Shown: positions 8,902 through 19,326, counted from the first letter of the stretch. The stretch is DNA of 64,000 bases from an uncultured Oscillospiraceae bacterium (GCA_964572985.1 CAZNIC010000005.1:6777-70776), one strand, 5' to 3'. The notes: a model not told the origin generated them from the sequence alone. Program-made: numbers and translations.

Positions 8902-10977
8902 ATGTTAGTTGTTGCGCTTGTGCTTATGGCACTGAGCCTTATTTTTGCAAACAAAGTAAAAAGACGCCTTGGCTTATGGGCTCCTGCGTGTCTTTTTCTT
9001 GCAGTTTGTTTTCTGTGTGAATTTTTATGTTTTAATTTTGAATCCATCCGCAGTCACACCTATGACCCTATAGATGATTTCACCATAACAAGCACTGCGG
9101 CAGTTGCATCAAATGGCAGGTATATATTTGATTCAACAGCAGATTTCATCGAAATAAGCGACCTCGACTGTGAGGTTGATAATATTCACATCTCTACGGA
9201 TAACGCTTATCACACTCTTAAGATAATAGCAATCGATGATGCCAATTCAAACTGGTATGTGGCAGGCACTTGCCCCATATCCGGCACGGCAAAATCCACT
9301 GCATTTATTCCCACGCATTTTTCGGGCAATGTTCAACGCATACGTATCTATATCCCCGATATAGAAAAAGAAACCATTGCACTTTCCGATATAGGGCTTA
9401 ATGTTCCCAAGAGTATTCATTTCAGTGCGTTGCGTGTACTTATCTGCTTTGCGCTTTTATCCTTTGTCTACTATTTGATAATACTTAAGGATTTTTGGCA
9501 GATTATTTACAATCCCAAAAGCAACAAGCAAAACACCGTTACAGTCGCTGTGGCTTTTGCGTTGGCAGCGTTGTTTCTTCTTATTCCGTTTACAAATCTG
9601 AGCTTTGTGTTCCCGAAATGGAAACACCACAACCAATATAACGAACTTGCCGAGGCTTTCTTGGACGGACAGTTACATCTTGAAAAGGAAGTCCCCCAAG
9701 AGCTTATCGATATGGAAAACCCCTATGACAGAGCCGAAAGGGCTCAAGTTTTGACAAAAGCGGGGATTCCGTCAGCTGATCAGCCTTGGGATATCGCTTA
9801 TTACGAAGGCAAATATTACGTTTATTTTGGTGTACTGCCTGCAATTATCTTCTATTTGCCCTTCAATTTGCTGGGTATTCCGTTCCCTAATTTCTTGGGC
9901 GTAGTCGCCTTTTCGTGGGTACTGATTGCAGCAATTTTCCTCTTGTACCGCGAATTTATCAAGCACTATAAAAAAGAAGTCCCGTATCTGTTATACCTTT
10001 TGTTGGCGGTTGCTACGGCATTTTCCGGCGGTGTTGTTTACATGATAAAACGCCCCGACTTTTACAGCATACCCATAATGGGTGCATTGGCGTTTACGGT
10101 TATGGGCTTTTATTTCTGGCTGAGTGCCAAGGGTGAAAACGGCATCCTCAAGCCGTCAAGGCTGATGATAGGTTCAATTTTTATGGCATCGGTTATTGCC
10201 CTTCGCCCCAACCTTATTTTCTTCTCCTGTGCGGCTTTCGTGATTTTCTGGAACAGCGTATTCCGTGACCGTGAGCTGTTGAGTATCAATTCACGTCTTA
10301 CTGACAAAAAGTTCCAAGGGGTTAAAAACACTGTCTATTTCTGTATGCCGTATCTTATCATAGGCGGGCTTGTCATGCTTTATAACGCGGCACGTTTCTC
10401 ATCGCCCTTTGATTTTGGCGCAGGCTACAACCTTACTGTATCCGATATGACACTTCGCGGCTTTGAAATAGACCGCTGGGGGCTTGGCATATTTGAATAC
10501 CTCTTCCGTCCCCCCACTATAACATCGGAATTTCCGTTTCTTTCACCCTCTACACCTAAAACAGCCTATATCGGCTACACAAGCCGTGAAAATATGTACG
10601 GAGGCATTTTTGCAACTCATGCGATATTACTTGCGCTTTTCGGTATCTATAAAATCCGCAAGAAAAAGCCATTTAAATTTGCAGTGTTCCTTATTGTGAC
10701 CGCATTTTTGGTTTGTCTTGTGGACATTCAGGCAGGCGGTATTTATCCCAGATATACATCTGACTTTGCAATTTTCTTTGTAATGGCGGCGGTATTGGTA
10801 TTGTTCCTCATCTATGAAGAACATACCCGCTTCACGGGCAAATTTGTGGCGGTGTGCCTTTTGTGCATGATTTTCTACGATATATTGCTCATTGTCGGAA
10901 GCGGTGCGGCAACTACCGCAGATTTACGCGAAAACCTTTATTCTACAGTTTTTTCCGAACTTGTATTTTTCTTGTAA
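8902..10977 (+). CDS. Large polytopic membrane protein, possibly a GT-C-like glycosyltransferase
   Basis: Start at MLVVALV (AAGGAGG RBS). At least 12 predicted TM helices. The loop ENPYDRAERAQ...PWDIAYYEGKYYVYFGVLP is reminiscent of GT-C enzymes, but the assignment is tentative. Confidence 0.55.
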   Translation: MLVVALVLMALSLIFANKVKRRLGLWAPACLFLAVCFLCEFLCFNFESIRSHTYDPIDDFTITSTAAVASNGRYIFDSTADFIEISDLDCEVDNIHISTDNAYHTLKIIAIDDANSNWYVAGTCPISGTAKSTAFIPTHFSGNVQRIRIYIPDIEKETIALSDIGLNVPKSIHFSALRVLICFALLSFVYYLIILKDFWQIIYNPKSNKQNTVTVAVAFALAALFLLIPFTNLSFVFPKWKHHNQYNELAEAFLDGQLHLEKEVPQELIDMENPYDRAERAQVLTKAGIPSADQPWDIAYYEGKYYVYFGVLPAIIFYLPFNLLGIPFPNFLGVVAFSWVLIAAIFLLYREFIKHYKKEVPYLLYLLLAVATAFSGGVVYMIKRPDFYSIPIMGALAFTVMGFYFWLSAKGENGILKPSRLMIGSIFMASVIALRPNLIFFSCAAFVIFWNSVFRDRELLSINSRLTDKKFQGVKNTVYFCMPYLIIGGLVMLYNAARFSSPFDFGAGYNLTVSDMTLRGFEIDRWGLGIFEYLFRPPTITSEFPFLSPSTPKTAYIGYTSRENMYGGIFATHAILLALFGIYKIRKKKPFKFAVFLIVTAFLVCLVDIQAGGIYPRYTSDFAIFFVMAAVLVLFLIYEEHTRFTGKFVAVCLLCMIFYDILLIVGSGAATTADLRENLYSTVFSELVFFL

Positions 10978-10983
10978 GTGCAA

Positions 10984-11031
10984 TTTTTCCCATTGTCAAG
11001 CCACATTTTGCCGATGGGAAAAATTTTTTTG
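10984..11031 (+). terminator. Terminator after the membrane-protein gene
   Basis: TTTTTCCCAT ... ATGGGAAAAA, followed by T7. The loop is large at 20 nt. Confidence 0.5.
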
Positions 11032-11280
11032 AAAAAAATTTAAAATCAATGCAACTTTTCGGCTATCTCAAAAGTATTATAGGTGTAAGGCCGATGAGCC
11101 TTATGCCTACGCAGGGAATTTTGGGCAACATGCAGCCCTCAACGGTGCAGCCGAAAGGCATGCTTTCTGCACAGTTGTTCCATTGCGGTTGTCCTCACGG
11201 GTTCTGCCCTCCTCCAACGCGGAACCCTAAAGGATAACCTTCCCTTTTACATAGATTCAAAAAAGAAAGGAATTAAAATT

Positions 11281-12585
11281 ATGAATATTTTGAAAAGAGG
11301 CGCAGCACTTGCTCTTGCTGCATTAACACTTATCCCTACATATGCTTTTGCAGAGGAAGCGGTTCTCCCCGTAAGAGAAACTCTCGAATCAAAGGGTTAT
11401 GAGGTTTCCTGGATTCAGGAAACAAAAACAGTTGTGATTCGTGACGGAGGTTTTGCGGTTGAAGAATCCGTTGGCGATACAATCACAATTGACTACGATA
11501 CTACATATGCAAACGAAAGCTTCTTTGCAACCATTGATGAACAGAGAAAATCATACGAAGAGTATTCCACAAAGGCTACAGTTAAAGAAATCGGCGAAGG
11601 CTATTTCCTTGCTGATACAGAAAAGATGGGCGAAGTAATGTTCCGCTATGACGACAAAACCCATTTCCACCACGAAATAAACCGTATGCTCTACAAGGCA
11701 AATGACCTTGCAGCAGGCAGTTCTCTCAAGGTTTACTTTGACCAGGCTATGACAGCCTCCATTCCTCCCCAGGTTTATGCAATTGAGGTGGTATTTTTGA
11801 ATAATGTTCAGGCAGAACCTACACGTCTTTCCGCTTCGGGTGAAATCAAGGAAGTAGGCACAGATTATATACTTGTTGATACAGATGAAATGGGCGAAGT
11901 AGAATTCAAGTTTGACGAGAATACAAATCTTCATCACGAAATCAACCGCAGATTTTATGCTTTCACAGAACTTGAAGCAGGTATGCTTGTTACTCTTTAT
12001 CACGACGAAGCTATGACCGCTTCTCTTCCTCCCCAAGTTTATGCGTCAGAAATCGTTATTTTAAACGTTGTAGCGTCTGAAAAGCTCACAACAAAGGCTA
12101 CAGTAACAGAAATTGGCGAAAACTACATTTTGGCTGAAAGCGAAAAGATTGGCGAAGTAAAGTTCATGGTTGACGAAAACACTCTTATCTGCAGTGAAAA
12201 GAACAAAATGCTTTATGTTCTTTCTGATATTATTGTTGGTCTTGACGTAACAGTTTCCTACGCAGATGCAATGACAATGAGTCTTCCTCCCCAGGTTTAC
12301 GCATATGAGGTTGTTCTTCCCGCAGTTGTGGATGCTCCTCTCGGTGAAATCACAACAACAGGCAAGATTACCGAAATCGGCGAGGGGTATTTCCTTGTAG
12401 AAGGTGAAAACGGTACTGTTTGGTTTAACGTAAGTGACGAAACATTTTATCATCACACAATGAACCGTATGCTTTATGTTTTCGAAAGCCTCGAGGTTGG
12501 CATGGACGTTGAAGTAAAGCATGCTGATGCTGCAACATTCTCTCTTCCTCCTCAGATGAGCGCAATCGAAGTTATTATTAAATAA
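11281..12585 (+). CDS. Secreted protein with a copper-amine-oxidase-N-like domain and four tandem ~90-aa repeats
   Basis: Signal peptide MNILKRGAALALAALTLIPTYAFA. The N-terminal domain reads LPVRETLESKGYEVSWIQETKTVVI. Four repeats each end in (S/T)(L/I)PPQ(V/M)(Y/S)AxE(V/I). Confidence 0.8.
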   Translation: MNILKRGAALALAALTLIPTYAFAEEAVLPVRETLESKGYEVSWIQETKTVVIRDGGFAVEESVGDTITIDYDTTYANESFFATIDEQRKSYEEYSTKATVKEIGEGYFLADTEKMGEVMFRYDDKTHFHHEINRMLYKANDLAAGSSLKVYFDQAMTASIPPQVYAIEVVFLNNVQAEPTRLSASGEIKEVGTDYILVDTDEMGEVEFKFDENTNLHHEINRRFYAFTELEAGMLVTLYHDEAMTASLPPQVYASEIVILNVVASEKLTTKATVTEIGENYILAESEKIGEVKFMVDENTLICSEKNKMLYVLSDIIVGLDVTVSYADAMTMSLPPQVYAYEVVLPAVVDAPLGEITTTGKITEIGEGYFLVEGENGTVWFNVSDETFYHHTMNRMLYVFESLEVGMDVEVKHADAATFSLPPQMSAIEVIIK

Positions 12586-12647
12586 GCACACACATAAACA
12601 CATATATGAAAAGGGCTATCTCTCGAAAGAGGATAGCCCTTTTCATT

Positions 12648-15600
12648 TTATGCCGCTGCATTTACATTAATTTGTTCTATAATCTTACGTATACGTGTCC
12701 ATACAGATATGTCTGCAAATATTTCTGCAACGCTGCCTCGGTCAGTAAACGGAGTATCTTGCAGCACTGACAAATCCTTCATCAACCCGTTATGAACAAT
12801 ATATTCGACGATTTGATTAACAAAATAGATTTGCTTTGCATCAAGATTTGTACCGTCCAAAAACTCTGCAAACGCTTCTTTTGCCGCACCCATATCAAGC
12901 CCAACAATTTCGCGCACGAATTCACCCAAAGGCTTTTCACCATACTCTGCAGTATATTCATCCTTTGTACCAATCTCACTCCACAGGATTTTTTCAAGCT
13001 CGCAAACATCAGTTTTTGTAAGCGGAACATTTCCTTTGAGTTTGGCAATCGCATTATTGTCCTGATGTGCTCTCACATAATATTCAGCCTTTGCCCTGTA
13101 GTTTTTGAGATCATCATTTTCAAGCTCCGAGCCTCTCCACTCAGTAGCAAGTATATCATCAACAAAGTCCGTATCATATCTATCAGTATGGACGGGAATA
13201 TATTTCATCAGATTTCGTAATTCCTTACGAATATATTCAAAATCATTTATTCCACACCTTTCCAGATAATCCGTATGTAAGATGCTATTAATAAGGTCTT
13301 TTTTTACAGCAATTTCATTGATGTTTCCCACAGTTGAAATAGCCGAAACTCTTTTTAACAAATCACTTTTGTGTCTGCCATAGCCCTTGCCCGCAAGATA
13401 TGCAACCTCAATTCCATAAACGAGCGCATCAAATCTAACTGCACTTGCCTCGTCCGAATCAGACAGTATCAGTGGTGCAAGTTCGTCACGCATTAAAAGC
13501 GTATCTTCATATGTCAGCGCCGAATAGTTTTCTTCATTAGCGTATAATTCAACATATTTAAGATGTTGTTTTACGGCAAAATTATCACGGTTAAGCTCTC
13601 GAACTTTATTTGCCATATCGCAAACCAGTGTTTTTCTAAACTCTGTCAGTTCATCAGTCTGATAGTTTATATCCTGCAATTTGAATACAAGCTGTGCTTT
13701 AAGGTTGAAAATTGCACCGGGTAAAGCTATTTGATTTGCAGTGGTTTTCCCTTTATTCATTCTAAAAAATTCAAAATTGCCACAAAAATCAAAAATATAA
13801 AACTTTGTTTTGTCTTCACCGTCAATAAGTTTTTTGCATTTTCTGGTTCCGCGACCAATCATCTGCCAAAATTTTGCCTTGCTCATAACCTTTTTGAAGA
13901 AAACCAGATTAACTACCTCAGGCACATCGATACCGGTATCAAGCATATCTACACTAATTGCAATCTGCGGTAGTTTTTTTGAATCTGAAAACTCATCAAT
14001 AAGGCTTTGCGCATAGTTGATTTTGTTATCAATAACCTTGGCAAAACCATTCAGGTGCGGATATTCACTATTGAATACTTCAAGTATTTTTTCGGCATGA
14101 TTGTGATTCTTTGCAAAAATAATTGTCTTGCCTATTTTTGCACCATAATCAATCTTTATACCGTCGGTCATCACAACATTCAAAACTTGTCTTATAGTAT
14201 CACGGTTAAACACCCACTCGTTAAGTGCAGAAGAGCTTATCTTATCGGGTACTTCTCCGTTATCATCTATGAACTTGTTTTCATATTCTTCCTTTTCCGC
14301 ATCCGTCAAGTCCTCGTAGGTAATTCCTTGTTCAATAAACTTAAGGCGTGATTCCACGCTGATATAATCAACTAAAAAGTCATCCTTGACAGCTTGACTG
14401 AGTTCATATCCGTATGTAGGTACGCCGCTTTCAAGCTCAAATATCTCGTATGTATTCTTGTCGATTTCGTCCTTTGGCGTTGCTGTCAACCCCACCAACG
14501 GTGCATCAAAATAATTGAATATATCCTTATACTTGTTGTATATAGAACGGTGCGCCTCGTCACATATCAAAAGGTCAAAATGCCCAATTGTAAAAAGTTT
14601 GCCCTCTTCATCCTTTACATCATCAATGCAATTGTATATTGTCTGATAAGTCGAAAACACACAATGTGCAGAAAAGTTGTCCTTTTCTTCGCAAAGGTTT
14701 GTTACAGATAAATCCGGAAGAAGATTTACAAAAGCTCTTTTCGCCTGTGTCACAAGACTTGTTCTGTCAGCCAAAAACAATATGTTTTTAATCCAACCGT
14801 GTTCAAGCAAAACCTTACACAGTGCAATAGCGGTTCGTGTCTTGCCCGAACCTGTCGCCATAACAAGCAATGCTTTTCTTCGGTTTTTACTGTCAAAACT
14901 GTCACAAACAGCCTTAATAGCACCTTCTTGATAATATCTTCCTGCTATATTCTTATCAACCATTACATTTTTAAGACTTGTTCGCATCCTTCTGAGATTA
15001 AACATCTTTTCCAAATCACGTTTGGAATAAATTCCTGCAACTTTTCTTTCGGGATACTGCCCGTCCTCAATTCTCGTATCAAAACCGTTTGTTAAAAATA
15101 TAACAGGTCTCCTACCGTACTGATTTTCCAAAATATCGGCATAAAGCTTCGCTTGATGCCTACCCTTTGATACATCAACGCAAGTACGCTTGGCTTCAAT
15201 AACGGCAAGCGGCTTATGGGTATCATCATACAAAACATAATCCGCATACCCTTCTTCACTTTTGTTAGGCATGCCCGGCAGTTCAACCTCGTTAATCCAA
15301 TTTTCGCCCTCTGTCCAACCCGCTTCTGTGAGCATTGTATCTATATATATTTTACGCGTTTTATATTCCGATAAATCAAGCGGCTTAGGCACATAAGTCT
15401 GTTGTTGCTCCGTGCGTCGTGCTGTAAGTTCGTCTTTTAAAGCCTTGTTTTCAGCAATAAGCTTTTCAAAATCAAGTTCTTTTTGCTTATAATCAACATC
15501 CTCACCTTGATTTTCAAGAAGCGATTTATCAAACGGTTTTTCTTCGTAGTTTTTTCCGTAGCAGCATGCTACAAAATCCATGAATATATACAGGTTTTCA

Positions 15601-15935
15601 ACACAAAGCTTTGCAACATCCATTGTAAGCTTTTTTGTGCCACCATGTGCAACATTGTTTCCCCAAACTCTGATAAGCTTCATCCTTTGCCACAAATCTT
15701 CGCCTATAATATCACGAAAATCTGCGTTGTCCATAAGCGAGGCGAGTCTGTCATCATACGGCATTTCTAAATCCTTATCAACAGAATACATCCACTTTAT
15801 TGCAAACTCCATTGCCCTGCGGCAGTTAAGTACCGCTGCAGACATATCTATATTCAATATCTTTTCAGCAGAAATAGCCACATCGCTAAATGCGGAAAAT
15901 TGGCTGTCGGATTTTAAGAAATCAAAGTTGGTCAT
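12648..15935 (-). CDS. hsdR: Type I restriction enzyme, R subunit
   Basis: 1095 aa. It has a DUF4145-like N-terminus, a nuclease region, and SF2 helicase motifs MATGSGKT and LICDEAHRS. It lies directly downstream of hsdS. Confidence 0.93.
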   Translation of the reverse strand: MTNFDFLKSDSQFSAFSDVAISAEKILNIDMSAAVLNCRRAMEFAIKWMYSVDKDLEMPYDDRLASLMDNADFRDIIGEDLWQRMKLIRVWGNNVAHGGTKKLTMDVAKLCVENLYIFMDFVACCYGKNYEEKPFDKSLLENQGEDVDYKQKELDFEKLIAENKALKDELTARRTEQQQTYVPKPLDLSEYKTRKIYIDTMLTEAGWTEGENWINEVELPGMPNKSEEGYADYVLYDDTHKPLAVIEAKRTCVDVSKGRHQAKLYADILENQYGRRPVIFLTNGFDTRIEDGQYPERKVAGIYSKRDLEKMFNLRRMRTSLKNVMVDKNIAGRYYQEGAIKAVCDSFDSKNRRKALLVMATGSGKTRTAIALCKVLLEHGWIKNILFLADRTSLVTQAKRAFVNLLPDLSVTNLCEEKDNFSAHCVFSTYQTIYNCIDDVKDEEGKLFTIGHFDLLICDEAHRSIYNKYKDIFNYFDAPLVGLTATPKDEIDKNTYEIFELESGVPTYGYELSQAVKDDFLVDYISVESRLKFIEQGITYEDLTDAEKEEYENKFIDDNGEVPDKISSSALNEWVFNRDTIRQVLNVVMTDGIKIDYGAKIGKTIIFAKNHNHAEKILEVFNSEYPHLNGFAKVIDNKINYAQSLIDEFSDSKKLPQIAISVDMLDTGIDVPEVVNLVFFKKVMSKAKFWQMIGRGTRKCKKLIDGEDKTKFYIFDFCGNFEFFRMNKGKTTANQIALPGAIFNLKAQLVFKLQDINYQTDELTEFRKTLVCDMANKVRELNRDNFAVKQHLKYVELYANEENYSALTYEDTLLMRDELAPLILSDSDEASAVRFDALVYGIEVAYLAGKGYGRHKSDLLKRVSAISTVGNINEIAVKKDLINSILHTDYLERCGINDFEYIRKELRNLMKYIPVHTDRYDTDFVDDILATEWRGSELENDDLKNYRAKAEYYVRAHQDNNAIAKLKGNVPLTKTDVCELEKILWSEIGTKDEYTAEYGEKPLGEFVREIVGLDMGAAKEAFAEFLDGTNLDAKQIYFVNQIVEYIVHNGLMKDLSVLQDTPFTDRGSVAEIFADISVWTRIRKIIEQINVNAAA

Positions 15936-15945
15936 GGTGTGTCAC

Positions 15946-16953
15946 CTACCCAAAATATTTTTGCATTAGTGCATTTTTCATTAGTTCCAATTTGTCTAAC
16001 CCATTTTGTATTTCCTGTTTTGATTTTTCGACTTTCTCTACAAAAACAGCAAATTGATTTTGCAACTCAATAGGAGGTACTGTAAACTTTAAATCTCCTA
16101 AAATTTTCAATGTAATATACCGCGTGTTACTACCTTTTGACTGTTCCTGTAAATAGGTCAGTTTATCCTCCAATTGATGCTTAAACAATTTATAAGACCA
16201 ATCTTGTTTTAAGGATAACACATACGTTCTTTGATAGGCATTAAACTTGCCTTTGTAGTATTTAACATCATATTTCCCCGCGGCATTGTTTCCCGCAAGC
16301 AATAATGCTTCTTGATCAAATGCGTATTTATCTATTTTGAATACTTCTTTTGCACAAGTAAAGAACGGATACGGTCCATCTTCAACCATAGCATTTGAGT
16401 CCAGCTTGCCGGTCGTCGTGTTAAACACATCATTCCACTTATAAGTGGGAAATTCTTTATCCCCAAACATCTCAATAAATTTAGCTTTTACAAGCTCGTC
16501 CAATTTTCCAATTTGACGTTGCCTGTTTTGTATTATATCATCGACCTTGTTAAGAACCTTTACTATCTCTCTTTGTTCGTCAAGGCTTGGGATTGTAATA
16601 TTTGCTTCTGTCAAATTTCCCAGCTTAATATATTTGATTACTCCGCCTATAGCTTGCCTGCGTAATGTTTCAACATATTTGTCGAGAAAACAATACAAGT
16701 ACGGAACTGACAATACCTCTTTATCCTTGCTTTCAATTATATATGTTCTCTGATAGGCATCAAACTTGCCGTTATAATACTTTACATTCAAATCACCGTT
16801 TCCCGCAACCAACACACACTCACAGTCATAGCTGTATGTGTCTATTTTCAGTGGCGTAACTGAGCATGTAAAGAACGGATATTGTCCATTCTCCGATGAG
16901 GCATTAGCATCAAGTTTTCCGGTTCGTATTTTTACATAATCTCCCAACCTCAT
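15946..16953 (-). CDS. hsdS: Type I restriction enzyme, specificity subunit
   Basis: 335 aa. It has two target-recognition domains separated by conserved coiled-coil spacers. Its start overlaps the hsdM stop (TAATG). Confidence 0.9.
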   Translation of the reverse strand: MRLGDYVKIRTGKLDANASSENGQYPFFTCSVTPLKIDTYSYDCECVLVAGNGDLNVKYYNGKFDAYQRTYIIESKDKEVLSVPYLYCFLDKYVETLRRQAIGGVIKYIKLGNLTEANITIPSLDEQREIVKVLNKVDDIIQNRQRQIGKLDELVKAKFIEMFGDKEFPTYKWNDVFNTTTGKLDSNAMVEDGPYPFFTCAKEVFKIDKYAFDQEALLLAGNNAAGKYDVKYYKGKFNAYQRTYVLSLKQDWSYKLFKHQLEDKLTYLQEQSKGSNTRYITLKILGDLKFTVPPIELQNQFAVFVEKVEKSKQEIQNGLDKLELMKNALMQKYFG

Positions 16954-18449
16954 TATAACATTTCCTCCAATTCTGCGAGGTCTTTTGTAATTTCCATTTC
17001 AATCTCGTGAAGGTCAGCCATGATTTCAGTTGTAGAGGGATATTCAACAGGGGTATATTCTACTTCTTTGTATTTGTTGATAGAAAGGTCATAGTCATTG
17101 TTCACTATATCCTGCTTGTCCACCAAGAAGCTTTGCTCTGTTTTTTCTCTGTTTGCCTCTTTTTCAAGGTTGTGAAATCTTTCAACAATATCGGGTATAT
17201 CATTTTCGGCAATGGGTGTTCTCTTATCGTCTAACGAATATCCGTCTGCTTTCATATCATAAAACCAAATTTTATCCGTACCACCATGACCTGTTTTTGT
17301 AAATACAAGTATAGCTGTAGAAACACCTGCATATGGTTTGAATACTCCCGAGGGCATGGATACAACAGCCTCAAGACAGTTGTTTTCAATAATTTCTTTG
17401 CGAATTGCTTTGTGTGCTGTTGACGAACCGAAAAGAATACCGTCCGGGACAATACACGCACATCTGCCGCCAATTTTGAGCATACGAATAAACAGCGCTA
17501 AAAACAAAAGCTCTGTTTTCTTTGTTTTGCACATTTTCAACAGGTCGGTTGATACTATATCATAATCAAGGCTACCCTTAAACGGAGGATTAGCCAATAT
17601 AAGCGTATATTTGTCTCGGTCAGCATTTTGGTCAGACAAGCTATCGCGATATTCAATAAACGGGCGGTCTATTCCGTGCGTCATCATATTCATGGCACCG
17701 ATACGGAGCATTGTTCTGTCCATGTCGTAGCCAAAAAACATAGAGTTCATATAATGGTCTTTTTTTGTTTTGTTAAAGAAAATCTCCTCTTTGTAGTTTT
17801 CTTTTAAGTATTCACCTGCTGCAACCAAAAATCCGCTCGTACCGCAAGCAGGGTCACAAACAACATCATTTGGTTTAGGATTTACCATAGCAACCATCAT
17901 TTTGATTATGTGTCTTGGAGTTCTGAACTGTCCGTTCAATCCCGATTGTGCAATTTTGTTAAGAAGATATTCATACACATCTCCTCGCACATCGGTATCA
18001 TCAGAATTCTTCATCAAATCATAAATTTCATCCAGGCTTGTTACAACCTTATCGAGCACCAAAGGTGTCGGGAGTTTGAAAATAGCATCGTTCATATATT
18101 TTGAATATGCACTGTCTTTATCAGCATGCAAGTTTTTGATAAAAGGAAAAACCAACTCCTGAACGACAGAATACATTTTTCCTGCAGGGAAATCTCGGAA
18201 AGTTGACCACTTAAGTTGTTTTCCGTCTACTACCCGTCCGCTTATTTCAACCTCGTCTGCAAAAATACTTTTGTGGTCAAGCCCGAGCATGGCACACTCT
18301 TTCGCACGCAGGTTATCGGTATCATCAAGGTCACGAATAAACATCAGATATGTAATCTGCTCAATAACATCAAGTGGGTTAACAAGTCCACCCGATGCAA
18401 ATATATCCCAAAGAGAATCTATCTTATTTTTAAGCTCGCCTGTTATCAT
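16953..18449 (-). CDS. hsdM: Type I restriction enzyme, N6-adenine DNA methyltransferase subunit
   Basis: AdoMet motif DPACGTSGFL and catalytic motif NPPF (LANPPFKG). Start moved to MITGELKNKID (AAAGGAG RBS). Confidence 0.93.
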   Translation of the reverse strand: MITGELKNKIDSLWDIFASGGLVNPLDVIEQITYLMFIRDLDDTDNLRAKECAMLGLDHKSIFADEVEISGRVVDGKQLKWSTFRDFPAGKMYSVVQELVFPFIKNLHADKDSAYSKYMNDAIFKLPTPLVLDKVVTSLDEIYDLMKNSDDTDVRGDVYEYLLNKIAQSGLNGQFRTPRHIIKMMVAMVNPKPNDVVCDPACGTSGFLVAAGEYLKENYKEEIFFNKTKKDHYMNSMFFGYDMDRTMLRIGAMNMMTHGIDRPFIEYRDSLSDQNADRDKYTLILANPPFKGSLDYDIVSTDLLKMCKTKKTELLFLALFIRMLKIGGRCACIVPDGILFGSSTAHKAIRKEIIENNCLEAVVSMPSGVFKPYAGVSTAILVFTKTGHGGTDKIWFYDMKADGYSLDDKRTPIAENDIPDIVERFHNLEKEANREKTEQSFLVDKQDIVNNDYDLSINKYKEVEYTPVEYPSTTEIMADLHEIEMEITKDLAELEEML

Positions 18450-18580
18450 TTCAAAACTCCTTTTAGTCGTTGCTACAAACGAGCAACTCAAGTTACAAAT
18501 CACCATAATATTATTATAGTATCTTTCGACTTATTTTGTCAAATTAATTCTAGTTTTTCCAATACGTTGCCCTTTTCATT

Positions 18581-18624
18581 AAAAGACGAAGAGGACTATC
18601 AATTGATAGTCCTCTTCGTCTTTT
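18581..18624. terminator. Bidirectional terminator (36-bp perfect palindrome) upstream of hsdM
   Basis: AAAA-GACGAAGAGGACTATCAATTGATAGTCCTCTTCGTC-TTTT (palindrome at 18585-18620). Confidence 0.7.
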
Positions 18625-18827
18625 AAATGTTGCCGCTGAAAACGGATTGATTTTTTACGCATTATGCGCAAAAGGCAACCGTTGGTCCGGCTTTTGATTT
18701 TTGATGCAGAATTGCCAAAGGCGTAAAATGAATAGGGCTCCGCAAAAACGGAGCCCTACATCTTTAGAATAACTAATATTCTTTTAAATTTTGCCTTTGA
18801 GCGTTCTGCGCTAAAAGCATCGCCGGA

Positions 18828-19058
18828 TTAGTGAGCAGCCTTCCATTCCTTAGCCTTAGCTTCAGACATTCTTGTAATCTTTTCTGTAGGATAGATAGAT
18901 TCTGCACCGCCGTTAGTATAAAGGAAATACTTACCTGTGGGCGTTACATAAAGAATTTCTTCATAACCTGTAGCGTCACCGAATTCACCGCTTGTATAGC
19001 TTGCTACTACTTCAGCTGTTTCTGTGTCGTACTCAACCTTACAAATAATCTGCTTCAT
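18828..19058 (-). CDS. Small hypothetical protein (76 aa)
   Basis: Clean ORF with no recognisable domain. Confidence 0.5.
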   Translation of the reverse strand: MKQIICKVEYDTETAEVVASYTSGEFGDATGYEEILYVTPTGKYFLYTNGGAESIYPTEKITRMSEAKAKEWKAAH

Positions 19059-19326
19059 TGGAGAATCATCCTTTCTTTATAATAATTTTCAAGTCGTTCC
19101 ATGTTGTATAAAGGCAATATACCTTATATACTTATTTTAATACCAATTTTTTAAATATTCAATAGTTTTTTGCTTAAAAAACCTATTATTGGACGTTTTT
19201 TCACCTATTTTTCATCAAAAAATTTCAATTTGTTCATTTTTGTACCGAAAAACCCTATTATTTTCATTTTACATATTACTTTTAATGTATTATAATTAAT
19301 ATATAATATTCAATGGAGGCGACACA

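Noticed and set aside
11551-12603. Two minus-strand ORFs (161 and 180 aa) opposite the secreted repeat-protein gene
   Set aside because: They are antisense shadows of a gene with a clear signal peptide, an RBS and a repeat structure. Their translations are Cys/Phe/Asn-rich nonsense.
18585-18620. A perfect 36-bp palindrome upstream of hsdM, considered as a recombination or operator site
   Set aside because: It is flanked by A4 and T4 and lies between two co-directional transcription units. The simplest reading is a strong bidirectional terminator. There is no second copy and no recombinase nearby.
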